DNA from: Planctomycetota bacterium
GTDB lineage: Bacteria; Planctomycetota; B15-G4; SIAN01
Direction: 5' to 3'
DNA: 64,000 bases
Assembly (NCBI GenBank): GCA_031409275.1
Contig: JANNXA010000012.1
Location: 1-64,000, forward strand
The position numbers and the translations under genes were made by a program. The notes beneath the pieces were generated by a model. That model saw nothing but the letters and a program-made list of their open reading frames with translations, made no database searches and was not told the DNA's origin. Positions 1 to 9,485 of this stretch are shown here, one piece after another (the stretch's first letter is position 1; each line of letters begins with the position of its first letter).

Positions 1-252
1 GCCGCGATCGCAGATCCGCGACCTGTTCGCGCCTTACCGACCACGGGACCCTCGCTCGCTCTGCCATTGGGAAGTCTCCAGACGGAGACGATCGACCAGG
101 CTCGGCGACGAGGCAAGGCGGGGTTCACGTGACGCGTACGATTGATGCGAGCGATCGGGGCATGTCGGCGCGCTCCGGAGGTGGGACGAGAGGAACGGTA
201 GCCGGCGCGGAGGGTGGGGCGGTCACGGGGGCGTTACGGGTGGGGCGCGAGT

Positions 253-531
253 CCGGCACAAAGCGCAACTCCAACCCTCGGCGACGAGCATCCACGATCC
301 GCTGCAGCGTCGTGAGCGAGTGTTCGTCGTAGTTGGCGTCCGTGATCTTCGACATCACGCCAGGTGTCGTGATCACGCCCCGTGTCGTGCGTACGCGCGT
401 CGAGGGCGATCTCGGCGACGCGGTGTTGAGCCATCGGCTCTCCGATCGCGATGGGAAGGCACGGATCGTCCTCGACGATCTGAGCGAGGGGGAGTGTCCC
501 TCCTCACGCGTCGTCGCATGGTCAGGCTCAT
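253..531 (-). pseudogene. Degenerate XRE-family HTH antitoxin (HigA-like)
   Basis: Fragments in different minus-strand frames, QIVEDDPCLPIAIGEPMAQHRVAEIALDART and TTPGVMSKITDANYDEHSLTTLQRIVDARRRGLELRFVP, resemble the N- and C-parts of XRE antitoxins (...VA.LIYDART...SRLEDA.Y.GHSL..L.RIA.AL...L.LRFVP). The segment between them is missing and frameshifted, and there is an upstream in-frame stop. Confidence 0.55.
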
Positions 532-712
532 GCGGCCTGCGTAGCGGAGGGGAAGGAGTAGGGAGGCGCTTCGAGCTGACTCTGTCGAGCGAGTGCGTTT
601 GCTGCCAGCTCCAAGTCTGCGGGTAGAAGACAGCCGCGTGATCGGGATGAGCATGAAGAAGCTGTGCGGCGATGCTCGAGCCGGACGGTGGCTTTGGAGG
701 GGGACTCTGCCG

Positions 713-3700
713 ATGAACCGACCGGCGCCATCCCCATTCCTCGCGGTTCCGCACAGCGAGTGGATCGAGAGCAACGATCTCGCGTTCGCGATCTATGACC
801 GTTACCCGGTGACGCCCGGGCATTCGTTGGTCGTTCCGCACCGGCAGGTCGCGACATGGTGGGACGCGACGCGCGAGGAACAGCGGGCGATCTTCGAGCT
901 CGTCGATCTGGTCCGAACGCGGCTTCAGGTCGAGCGTGCGGCGAAGGCGTTCAACGTCGGCTTCAACGCTGGAGCGCTCGCGGGACAGACGGTCGCTCAC
1001 ACGCACGTGCATGTGATCCCGCGCTACGAAGGCGACGTGCCCGATCCGCGTGGTGGCATCCGCTGGGTGGTCCCCTCGAAGGCGAACTACCTCGTCGCGA
1101 GATCGCCGCACACAGCAAACTCCGTGCTGCTTTCCGGGGGCGATGATCGCTTGCTGCGGAAACTGCGCGGCCTTTTCGCCGATCGGCGCTTCGATCGCGT
1201 CGACCTCGTCGTGAGCTTCGTGATGAGGAGCGGCGTTGAGGCGCTCGCCGATGCATTCGAGTCGGCGCGCCAGCGAGGTGCACGGATTCGCGTCCTCACG
1301 ACGGACTACCTCGGCGTGACGGAAGTGGCGGCGCTCGCGCGCCTGCTCGATTGGAGCGAGGACGCTCCGGATCGGTTGGCGGTAAGGGTGTTCCAGAGCG
1401 GGGCGACGAGTTTTCATCCGAAGAGCTACGTCTTCTGGGGATCCCAAGACGGCGAGGCGCAGGGCATCGTCGGAAGCAGCAACCTCAGTCGATCGGGGTT
1501 GTCCGCTGGGATCGAGTGGAATCTCGTCGTTGACGCCGTCGACGACCTAGTACGTCAATTCGAGACGCTCTGGAGCGACGCGCGCTCCGTGCCGCTCACG
1601 CATGCCTGGCTCGACGGCTACCGCCCACGCTCCCGCGCCGCGATCGAGTCGCGCGAGTTCATGGTCGTCCGCGAGACGCTCGAGGAGGTTGTGCCTCATC
1701 TAGTCCAGCGCGAGGCGCTCGAAGCGCTCGAGCGCGCGCGGAGCCGAGGAACGCGCGCAGGGCTCGTCGTCATGGCGACCGGCCTTGGCAAGACCTTCGT
1801 CGCGGCGTTCGACTCGCGCCACTTCCAGCGTGTGCTCTTCGTCGCACATCGCGCCGAGATCTTGCGCCAAAGTCGGGATTCCTTCCGGCGCGTGCGTCCG
1901 GAAGCCGATCTTGGGCTGTTCAATGCCGAGGAGCGGATGCCCACGGCTGAGGTTGTCTTCGCGAGCGTCCAAACGCTCGTTCGCCGACTGGACGAGTTCG
2001 CGCCCGATGCATTCGATTACGTGGTGGTCGATGAATTCCACCACGCCGCCGCGGCGAGCTATCGTCGGATCATCGATCACTTCCAGCCCCGCTTTCTGCT
2101 TGGTCTCACGGCGACGCCCGAGCGGATGGACGGTCAGGCGTTGCTCGCGCTTTGTGGTGACGAGGACGCACCTCTCTTCGAGTGCAACCTGGTCGATGGC
2201 ATTCGCCGCGAACTCCTCTGCCCGTTCGAGTACTTCGGAGTGCACGACTCGGTCGACTTCTCTCCGATCCCTTGGCGGAACGGCAAGTTCGATTCCGACG
2301 CGTTGACGAAGGCCGTAGAGACGCGCGAGCGCGCCGACCATGCGCTGCGGGAGTGGCGAGCGCGCGCGCAGAAGCGGACGCTCGCGTTCTGCTGCACTGT
2401 CAGCCACGCCGACTTCATGGCACGCCACTTCATTAGCGCAGGGGTGCGCGCCGTAGCGGTCCACAGCGAGACGACGAGCGCGCCGCGCGCCGAGTCGATC
2501 GAGCGGCTCAAGGCCGGCGAGCTCGACGTCGTCTTTTCGGTCGACGTCTTCAACGAGGGGCTCGACGTTCCGAGCGTCGACACGATCCTGATGCTGCGTC
2601 CTTCGGAATCTCCGGTGGTGTTCCTCCAGCAGCTCGGCCGAGGGCTTCGTCGAGACCAGCCCGGCAAGGTCCTGCGCGTCGTCGACTTCATCGGAAACCA
2701 CCGTTCCTTCTTTCTGAAGCCGCGCACGTTGCTCAGTCTCGGCGCGACATCGATGCCGAGCGTGGCGGCCACGCTGAAGGCGATTGAGAGTGGAGAGTTC
2801 GGGCTTCCTCCGGGTTGCTCGGTCGACTACGAACTCGACCTCGTCGACGTGTTCCGTCGGCTCGTGCGGATGGGGGCCCACGACGAGCTCGAGGAATGGT
2901 GCCGCGAGCAGCTCGCGGAGACGGGCAGCCGGCCGTCGGCCGATCAAGCGTTTCACGCCAACTTCGATCCCGGAGCCATGCGTCGCAAGCAGAGTGCGGG
3001 GGGGCTGGTTCGACTTCCTAACGCAGATCGACCAACGTGGCGATGGGGACGAGGGCGGTCGGTTCTTGAGCCCGGTGGAGTCGGGTGCGCTTCAAGCGTG
3101 CGGCGATTTCCTCAGAGCGCTTGAAGTCGAGAGCCTGACGAAGAGCTTGAAGCTCGTCACTCTGAAGGCGCTGCTTGCCGACGGAACGCTGCTCTCCGGT
3201 GCTCCGATCCAGCAGATTGCGGCGACGGCGCGCGCGCTCGTCCGTCGCGATCGCCGGCTCCTCGCCGACGTGGCCTCGAACGGCGGTCCCGATGCGCGTT
3301 CGATCGACGACGACGCATGGATCAAGTACTGGCGGAAGAACCCGATTGCGGCGTGGACCGGTGAGGGGAGCAACAAAGCGCAGCTCTTCTTCCGACTCGA
3401 AGGGGAGCGCATGGTCCCGCGCTTCGTGGCGTCGGACGATTGCTCCGAAGCGCTCTGCGCGATGGTGTCGGAACTGGTCGAGTGGCGACTAGCGGCGTAT
3501 CTCAAGAACCGTCGTCCGTTGGCGCCTGGAGTGGTCCGTTGCAAGGTGAGCCACTCCAGCGGAAACCCGATCGTCCGCTTCCCCGATCGCGGCCGCGAGG
3601 CGCTGCCGTCTGGGACTGTGGAGTTCCGTGCGAATGGGAACACCTACGAAGGTGACTTCCAGAAGATCGCGCTGAACGTCGCGCACAAGAGCGGTGAGAT

Positions 3701-4715
3701 CGGCAACCTCCTTCACGCTCTGCTACGTGGCTGGTTCGGCCCGGTCGCCGGCCACTCCGGAACGAACCACGCCGTGTTGTTCGAGCTTGTCGATGGTCTT
3801 TGGACGATGCGCCCCGACGCAGAAGCCGTTCCATCGGCTTCGTCGGTAGGGATCATCGTCCCGCTCTTCCCGAACTACGCAGTTGCCTGCGGAGCGTTCG
3901 ACCATCCGCAGCCCGAGACGATCGCGACGAAACGAACGACGATCGTCCCGATCGTTGGTGCGCCAGCCCCGGACGCCGGCGATTTCCTCGTCTTCGCGCG
4001 TGGTGACTCGATGGACGGAGGTAGTGATCCAATCCGCCACGGCGACCCGTTAATGCTCCGCTGGGCGCGAGGCGTCGATCGGCGGCAGCTCGTCGGCCAA
4101 GTCGTGCTGGTTCGGCAGGGCGATGCACGCAATGCCCCGACCGCGCTGAAGCGACTCGGCGCAGACGGTCGCGGCGGCTTTCTCCTTCGCTCGGACAACG
4201 TCGCCGCGGGACTGGATCCGATCGAGCCCACGGCGGCGAACCGCATCGTGGCACTCCTGGTGCGCAAGCTCCGACAAGTCGAGTTCAATCCGCTCGCAAC
4301 GGAGATGCACCGCCAGTATCGGCGCGAGGACATCCCCTCGCTCTATGGAAGCACGTACAACCCTGGCAACTGGAACTCGGGCCACGTCTCCCTCGACGGT
4401 CACACGCTGTTGCTCGTAACGCTCGACAAGTCGGAAATGGCGCAGGGAGGCACGTATCACGATGAGTTCGTACACGGTGATCGTTTGATCTGGTCGAGCC
4501 AGAGCTCGACATCGCAGGAGAGCAAGCGCGGACGCGAGTTGCTCGACTGTCTCGATACCGGTCGCGAGATCCACTTGTGGGTGCGGCGGCGAAAAACCGA
4601 CGTCGTCTTTACCTACTGCGGACTCGCCGTCTCGATCGAGGCGACTGGAGACAAGCCGATCCGGATTACTTGGCGCCTTCTCGATTCGGCGCCGGCGATC
4701 CTCCTTGGCAAATGA
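713..4715 (+). CDS. HIT + PLD-family nuclease + SF2 (DExH) helicase + S24 peptidase-like + DUF3427/SRA-like protein, SauUSI-like type IV restriction enzyme; frameshifted at G7 tract 2998-3004
   Basis: SD GGAGGGG before ATG 713. HIT triad HTHVH; PLD HPK...GSSN; Walker A MATGLGKT, DEFHH, GLTATPER, QQLGRGLR. In the +1 frame after 3004: GGWFDFL, GDSM...LKRL (S24) and C-terminal YRREDIP...NWNSG...LVTLDK...WSSQS (DUF3427-like). Removing one G gives a single 1333-aa ORF. Confidence 0.8.
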
Positions 4716-4775
4716 TCAGCTGTCCGCGGAATAGCAATGTCGTGCGTTCGCGCTTCTTCCGGGACTGTTCGTCCC

Positions 4776-6284
4776 CTACCCCAACACCTCCCTCACCACC
4801 CTCGCCTCCTCGACTCCCGTCAACTTCGCGTCGAGGCCGCGGAACGGATAGGTGAGCCGCGCGTGGTCGATGCCGAGGCAGTGGAGGATCGTCGCGTGCA
4901 GGTCGCGGGCGGGGACGGGGTTGGCGATGACGTTGTAGGAGAAGTCGTCCGTCTCGCCGTACTCGATGCCGCTCTTCACACCGCCGCCGGCCATCCAGAC
5001 GGTGAAGCAGCGGCCGTGGTGGTCGCGGCCGGAGCTCGGGTCGTCGATCGCGCCCTGGCTGAAGACGGTGCGGCCGAACTCGGTGGCGAAGACGACCAGC
5101 GTGTCTTCGAGCATTCCGCGCGCTTTCAGGTCGTGCAGCAGCGCCGCGGTGGGTTGATCGGTGTCGTGGCACTGGTTGGGGAGCTGACGGCGGATCGCGA
5201 CATGTTGATCCCAGCCGCGGTGAAAGAGCTGCACGAAACGGACGCCGCGCTCGAGCAGCCGGCGTCCGAGCAGGCAGTTGGCGGCGTAGCTGCCGGGCTT
5301 GCGGACGTCGTCTCCATAGAGCGCGAGCGTGGCCGGCGACTCGTCGCTGGTGTCGGCAAGCTCGGGCACCGACGACTGCATGCGAAACGCCATCTCGTAA
5401 GCGTGCACGCGCGCGATCGTCTCCGGATCGCCGACCGCCGCCGCGTGCAGCGTGTTGAGTTCCGCCAGATCATCGAGCTGCGCACGCCGCTGCTCGCGCG
5501 AGACGCCGGCGGGGTCGGAGAGGTAGAGCACGGGATTGCCGCCCGGCCGCAGCCCTACGCCCTGGTGCGAGGAGGGCAGGAAACCGCTGCCCCACAGGCG
5601 CGAGAAGATCGGCTGGCCGGGGTTCTTGCCGGAGCCTTGTGACACCAGCACGGTGAACGCCGGCAGGTTGTCGCATTCGCTGCCCAACCCGTAGCTGACC
5701 CACGAGCCCATGCTGGCGTATCCCGGCAACTGGTTGCCGGTGTTCATGAAGGTGATCGCCGGGTCATGGTTGATCGCGTCGGTCTGCAGCGTCTTGATGA
5801 CGCAGAGCTCGTCGGCGACGTTCTGCAGGTGGGGCAGCAGGTTGCTGATCCAACGGCCGCTCTGTCCGCAGCGCTTGCCCGGCGCGATCGGCGGCACGAT
5901 CGGGAAGCTCGCCTGGCCCGACGTCATGCCGGTCACGCGCTGCGTTCCCTTCACCGACGGCGGCAGCTCCTGGCCCGCGAACTCCTGCAGCGCGGGCTTC
6001 GCGTCGAAGAGGTCGACGTGCGACAGGCCGCCCGATTGGAACAGGCAGATCACCCGTTTTGCGCGCGCCGGAAAGTGGGGCATCCCGGCGAGGCCGCGCG
6101 CCTGCCCATCGAACGCGGCGCCGGTCGCGGCGCCTGCCGCCGAGCTCCCGCCGAGCGCCGGACGCGCGCGCGCCAGCGACTCGAGCAGCAGCGAGCCGAG
6201 CGCGATGCGCCCGATGCCGCGCAGCCCCTCGCCCAGCAGTGCGCGGCGCGTCAGGTGGAGTTGTGCTTCGTCGCGTGGATCCAT
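4776..6284 (-). CDS. DUF1501 domain protein (alkaline phosphatase/sulfatase-like), Tat-like signal
   Basis: TRRALL N-terminus; AKRVICLFQSGGLSHVDLFD, GWDQH, ATEFGRT, GRDHH motifs typical of DUF1501. Confidence 0.9.
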   Translation of the reverse strand: MDPRDEAQLHLTRRALLGEGLRGIGRIALGSLLLESLARARPALGGSSAAGAATGAAFDGQARGLAGMPHFPARAKRVICLFQSGGLSHVDLFDAKPALQEFAGQELPPSVKGTQRVTGMTSGQASFPIVPPIAPGKRCGQSGRWISNLLPHLQNVADELCVIKTLQTDAINHDPAITFMNTGNQLPGYASMGSWVSYGLGSECDNLPAFTVLVSQGSGKNPGQPIFSRLWGSGFLPSSHQGVGLRPGGNPVLYLSDPAGVSREQRRAQLDDLAELNTLHAAAVGDPETIARVHAYEMAFRMQSSVPELADTSDESPATLALYGDDVRKPGSYAANCLLGRRLLERGVRFVQLFHRGWDQHVAIRRQLPNQCHDTDQPTAALLHDLKARGMLEDTLVVFATEFGRTVFSQGAIDDPSSGRDHHGRCFTVWMAGGGVKSGIEYGETDDFSYNVIANPVPARDLHATILHCLGIDHARLTYPFRGLDAKLTGVEEARVVREVLG

Positions 6285-6309
6285 CGCGCCCTTTCCCTCC
6301 GCACTCGAT

Positions 6310-9300
6310 TCAGTTCTTCGTGACCGTCTCGCTCAGGTTCAGCAGCAGTGCTGCGACCTGCGCCCACGCCGCATGCTCCGCCAGCGGCAGTGCTTCGTCG
6401 CGCGGCGCCTCGCCCTGCGCCAGCAGTTCGGCGGCGGCCGCTTCGTCGTCCGCGTAGCGCGCGCGTTCGCGCTTCAGCGCGCGCGCCAGCACCGCCGCTT
6501 CGGCCGGCTGCGGCGTGCGCGCGGTCGCTTCGGCGAACGCCCACGCAAGCCGCGCCGCGTCATCGCCCGGTCGCTGCAAGATCCGCTGCGCGAAGGCGCG
6601 CGCCGCCTCGACGAACTGCACGTCGTTCAGCAGCACGAGTGCCTGCAGCGGCGTGTTGGTGTTGGCGCGCTCGAAGACGCAGAACTCGCGATTGGGCGCG
6701 TCGAAGAGCGCCATGTTCGGCGGCGGCAGCGTGCGTTTCCAATAGGTGTAGAGAGTGCGCCGCCACAGCTTCTCGCCGTGGTCCTGATGGAACGCCTGCG
6801 CCGTCGCCGGGCTCGAGCCGTAGTGGCTGATCTCGCGCCAAGGATCGCCGGGCGTGTAGGGATTCACGCTCGGGCCGCCGAGGTCGCCGACCAGCAATCC
6901 GCCGATCTGCAGCGCCGCGTCGCGCACGAACTCGGCGGGCAGCCGCGTGCGCGCGCCTCGCGCCAGCAGTCGATTGTCGGGATCGCGGGCGAGCGCCTCC
7001 GCCGTCGCGGCCGACGACTGCTGATAGGTGGCGCTGCTCACGATCGAGCGCACCAATCGCTTCACATCCCAGCCGGAGTCGACGAACTCGCAGGCGAGCC
7101 AGTCGAGGAGCTCCGGGTGCGAGGGCCATTCGCCCTGCATCCCGAAGTTGCTGGCGGTGCGCACGATCCCGGTGCCAAAGAGCATCTGCCACACGCGGTT
7201 CACGGCGACGCGAGCCGTCAACGGATGGCGCGGATCGACGACCCAACGGGCGAGTTCGAGGCGATCGTGCGGCGCATCGGCCGCGAGCGGCGGCAGGAAC
7301 GACGGCGTCGCCGCATCGACCTTCTCGCGCGGATCGGCGTAGTTGCCGCGGTGCAGCACGAAGGTGTCGCGCGCGGTCGGCGCCGTGTCCATCACCAGCG
7401 CGGAGAAGGGCTCGGTGCGAGAGGCGAGGCGCTCGCGCGCGTTGGTGAGCTCGACGCGCAACCGTTGCATGGCGTTCGCGTTCGCGGCGAAGTACGCAGT
7501 GAGCGTCGACTGCTGCTCGGCTGTGCGCGCCGCGCGTTCCGAAGCGACGATCGCCTCGATCGTCGGTGGCAGCGGGCTGTCGTCGTCGTTTCCCGAGACG
7601 AGGAAGAACTCCATCCGTTTCGCGGTCGGGCTGCCATGGCGGCCGAAGTTGATCTGCACCGTGAGGTTCGTGGCGTCGCGATCGAGCGGCTCGGCGAACG
7701 TCAGCGTGAGGTGAACCGGCCCTTCGTGCGAAAGGTCAGGAATCCACGCCTCGCTCGCCAGTGTGTTGAGCACGCCTTCCGGACGGTTCTCACCGCTCCA
7801 GCAGTTCGCGGTCGCCGAGCGCACGGCGAGCGGGCGATAGAGGTTCACCTGATCGGAGGCGACCGTCCCCGCCGACAGCGAGACGTTGGTCACGGCGAAG
7901 GACTTCTTCTCGCCCGCGGCGCCGACCTCGTCACCGCCAAAGCCCCAGCCCGCGGTGGGTGCGGCGGGGTCGGGGTGCATCACGACACGCAATCCCGTCA
8001 CCGGAAGCGCCTTAGGCTCGAACTGCATCGACACGTCGAACGCGACGAACCCCATCGGCCGCTCGACGCGTGCGAAACGCCCCTCCTCGATCGAGAAGCC
8101 GCTGCCGGCGTTGGGCGTGCTGATCTTCAGGAGCTGCACCGGATGGAGCGCGAGGTCGCGTCCGCGCAGCGCCGCCGCCGCGCGCTGTTCACTCTCCCAC
8201 GCTGCGATCGCCGCAGCGTCGGGCGCCGCGACTTCCATCTCGAGCCGCGCGATCCGTGCGCGCAGCGCCTCCTCTTCGCCGGTCACCAGCACCGAGCGGA
8301 GGTTCGCGGTGGGCGGCGCATTCGCTCCGCCGTCGCCGCCGTGCGACGGTTCGCTCGTCTGGTTGAAGAACGCGAACAGCGAGTAGTAGTCGCGCTGCGT
8401 GATCGGGTCGAACTTGTGGTCGTGGCATTGCGCGCAGCCGAAGGTGAGGCCGAGCACCGCCTCGCCGAACGTGCGCGTGCGGTCGACGCCGTAGGTGACG
8501 AGGTTCTCCTCGGGGATCGTGCCGCCCTCGTGCGTGATCATCGAGTTGCGTTGGAAGCCGGTCGCGGCCAGCGTCTCGTCGCTCTTCTCGGGGAGCAGGT
8601 CGCCGGCGATCTGCTCGACGAGGAAACGGTCGTAGGGCTTGTTGGTTTTGAAAGCGTGGATGACGTAGTCGCGCCAGAGCCACGCGTGGCGGCCGCCGTC
8701 GATCGAGAAGCCGTTGGTGTCGGCGTAGCGCGCCGCGTCGAGCCACGGCAGCGCCACGCGCTCGCCGAAGTGGGGGTTCGCCAGAAGTTGATCGATCAGC
8801 GCCGTCGTCGCGTCGGGTGACCGATCGGCGACGAAGGCGGCCACTTCGTCGGCGGAGGGCGGCAGGCCGGTCAGGTCGAGGTGGAGCCGGCGCGCCAACG
8901 TCGCGCGATCGGCCGGCGGAGCCGGTGCGACTCCCTCCTTCGCGAGCCGCGCGCGCACGAAGCGGTCGATCGGAGTCAGTGAATCGTCGAGGCCGGCGCC
9001 GATCGGGAGTGTCGGCCGTGTCGGCGCGACGAAGGCCCAGTGGTCCGCGTAGGGCGCGCCCTGCTCGATCCATGCGCGCAGCGTCGCCTTCTGCGCGGCG
9101 CTGAGCGTCTTGTGGGTGGAGGGCGGCGGCATCACCTCGCGCGGGTCGTCCTCGTTGATGCGCCGCCACACCTCGCTCGCGGCCAGATCGCCGGGCACGA
9201 TCGGCGTGATCTCGTCACGCGTCGCGTAGGCGAACTCCGCCCGGTCGAGTCGCAGCTTCGCGCGGCGCGTCTTCTCGTCGAAGCCGTGGCACGGGAAACA

Positions 9301-9408
9301 GTTCTGCGCGAGCAGCGGCAGGACCTCGCGATTGAAATCGACCGCGCCGTCGCCAAGCGCGGTCGCGGCCGCCGTGATCAGGAGCGCGTGGAGCATGCGG
9401 AGCAACAT
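6310..9408 (-). CDS. Planctomycete cytochrome c + DUF1549 + DUF1553 (PSD1) protein
   Basis: Signal peptide; CFPCH; WLDAARYADT; CAQCHDHKFDP; PSHPELLDWLA; NTPLQALVLLND. Confidence 0.9.
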   Translation of the reverse strand: MLLRMLHALLITAAATALGDGAVDFNREVLPLLAQNCFPCHGFDEKTRRAKLRLDRAEFAYATRDEITPIVPGDLAASEVWRRINEDDPREVMPPPSTHKTLSAAQKATLRAWIEQGAPYADHWAFVAPTRPTLPIGAGLDDSLTPIDRFVRARLAKEGVAPAPPADRATLARRLHLDLTGLPPSADEVAAFVADRSPDATTALIDQLLANPHFGERVALPWLDAARYADTNGFSIDGGRHAWLWRDYVIHAFKTNKPYDRFLVEQIAGDLLPEKSDETLAATGFQRNSMITHEGGTIPEENLVTYGVDRTRTFGEAVLGLTFGCAQCHDHKFDPITQRDYYSLFAFFNQTSEPSHGGDGGANAPPTANLRSVLVTGEEEALRARIARLEMEVAAPDAAAIAAWESEQRAAAALRGRDLALHPVQLLKISTPNAGSGFSIEEGRFARVERPMGFVAFDVSMQFEPKALPVTGLRVVMHPDPAAPTAGWGFGGDEVGAAGEKKSFAVTNVSLSAGTVASDQVNLYRPLAVRSATANCWSGENRPEGVLNTLASEAWIPDLSHEGPVHLTLTFAEPLDRDATNLTVQINFGRHGSPTAKRMEFFLVSGNDDDSPLPPTIEAIVASERAARTAEQQSTLTAYFAANANAMQRLRVELTNARERLASRTEPFSALVMDTAPTARDTFVLHRGNYADPREKVDAATPSFLPPLAADAPHDRLELARWVVDPRHPLTARVAVNRVWQMLFGTGIVRTASNFGMQGEWPSHPELLDWLACEFVDSGWDVKRLVRSIVSSATYQQSSAATAEALARDPDNRLLARGARTRLPAEFVRDAALQIGGLLVGDLGGPSVNPYTPGDPWREISHYGSSPATAQAFHQDHGEKLWRRTLYTYWKRTLPPPNMALFDAPNREFCVFERANTNTPLQALVLLNDVQFVEAARAFAQRILQRPGDDAARLAWAFAEATARTPQPAEAAVLARALKRERARYADDEAAAAELLAQGEAPRDEALPLAEHAAWAQVAALLLNLSETVTKN

Positions 9409-9485
9409 AAGCGCCGCGAGCGTCTACGATCGCGCCTCGCGTTCCGGTGAAGCAGACGGCCAGCAAGCGGGGGGCTCCGATCGCC

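Noticed and set aside
1..132. Possible gene end at the window start
   Set aside because: Too short, with no recognisable motif to choose a frame or strand.
593..712. N-terminal extension of the HIT-helicase ORF in the track
   Set aside because: A strong SD precedes ATG 713 and HIT homology begins there.
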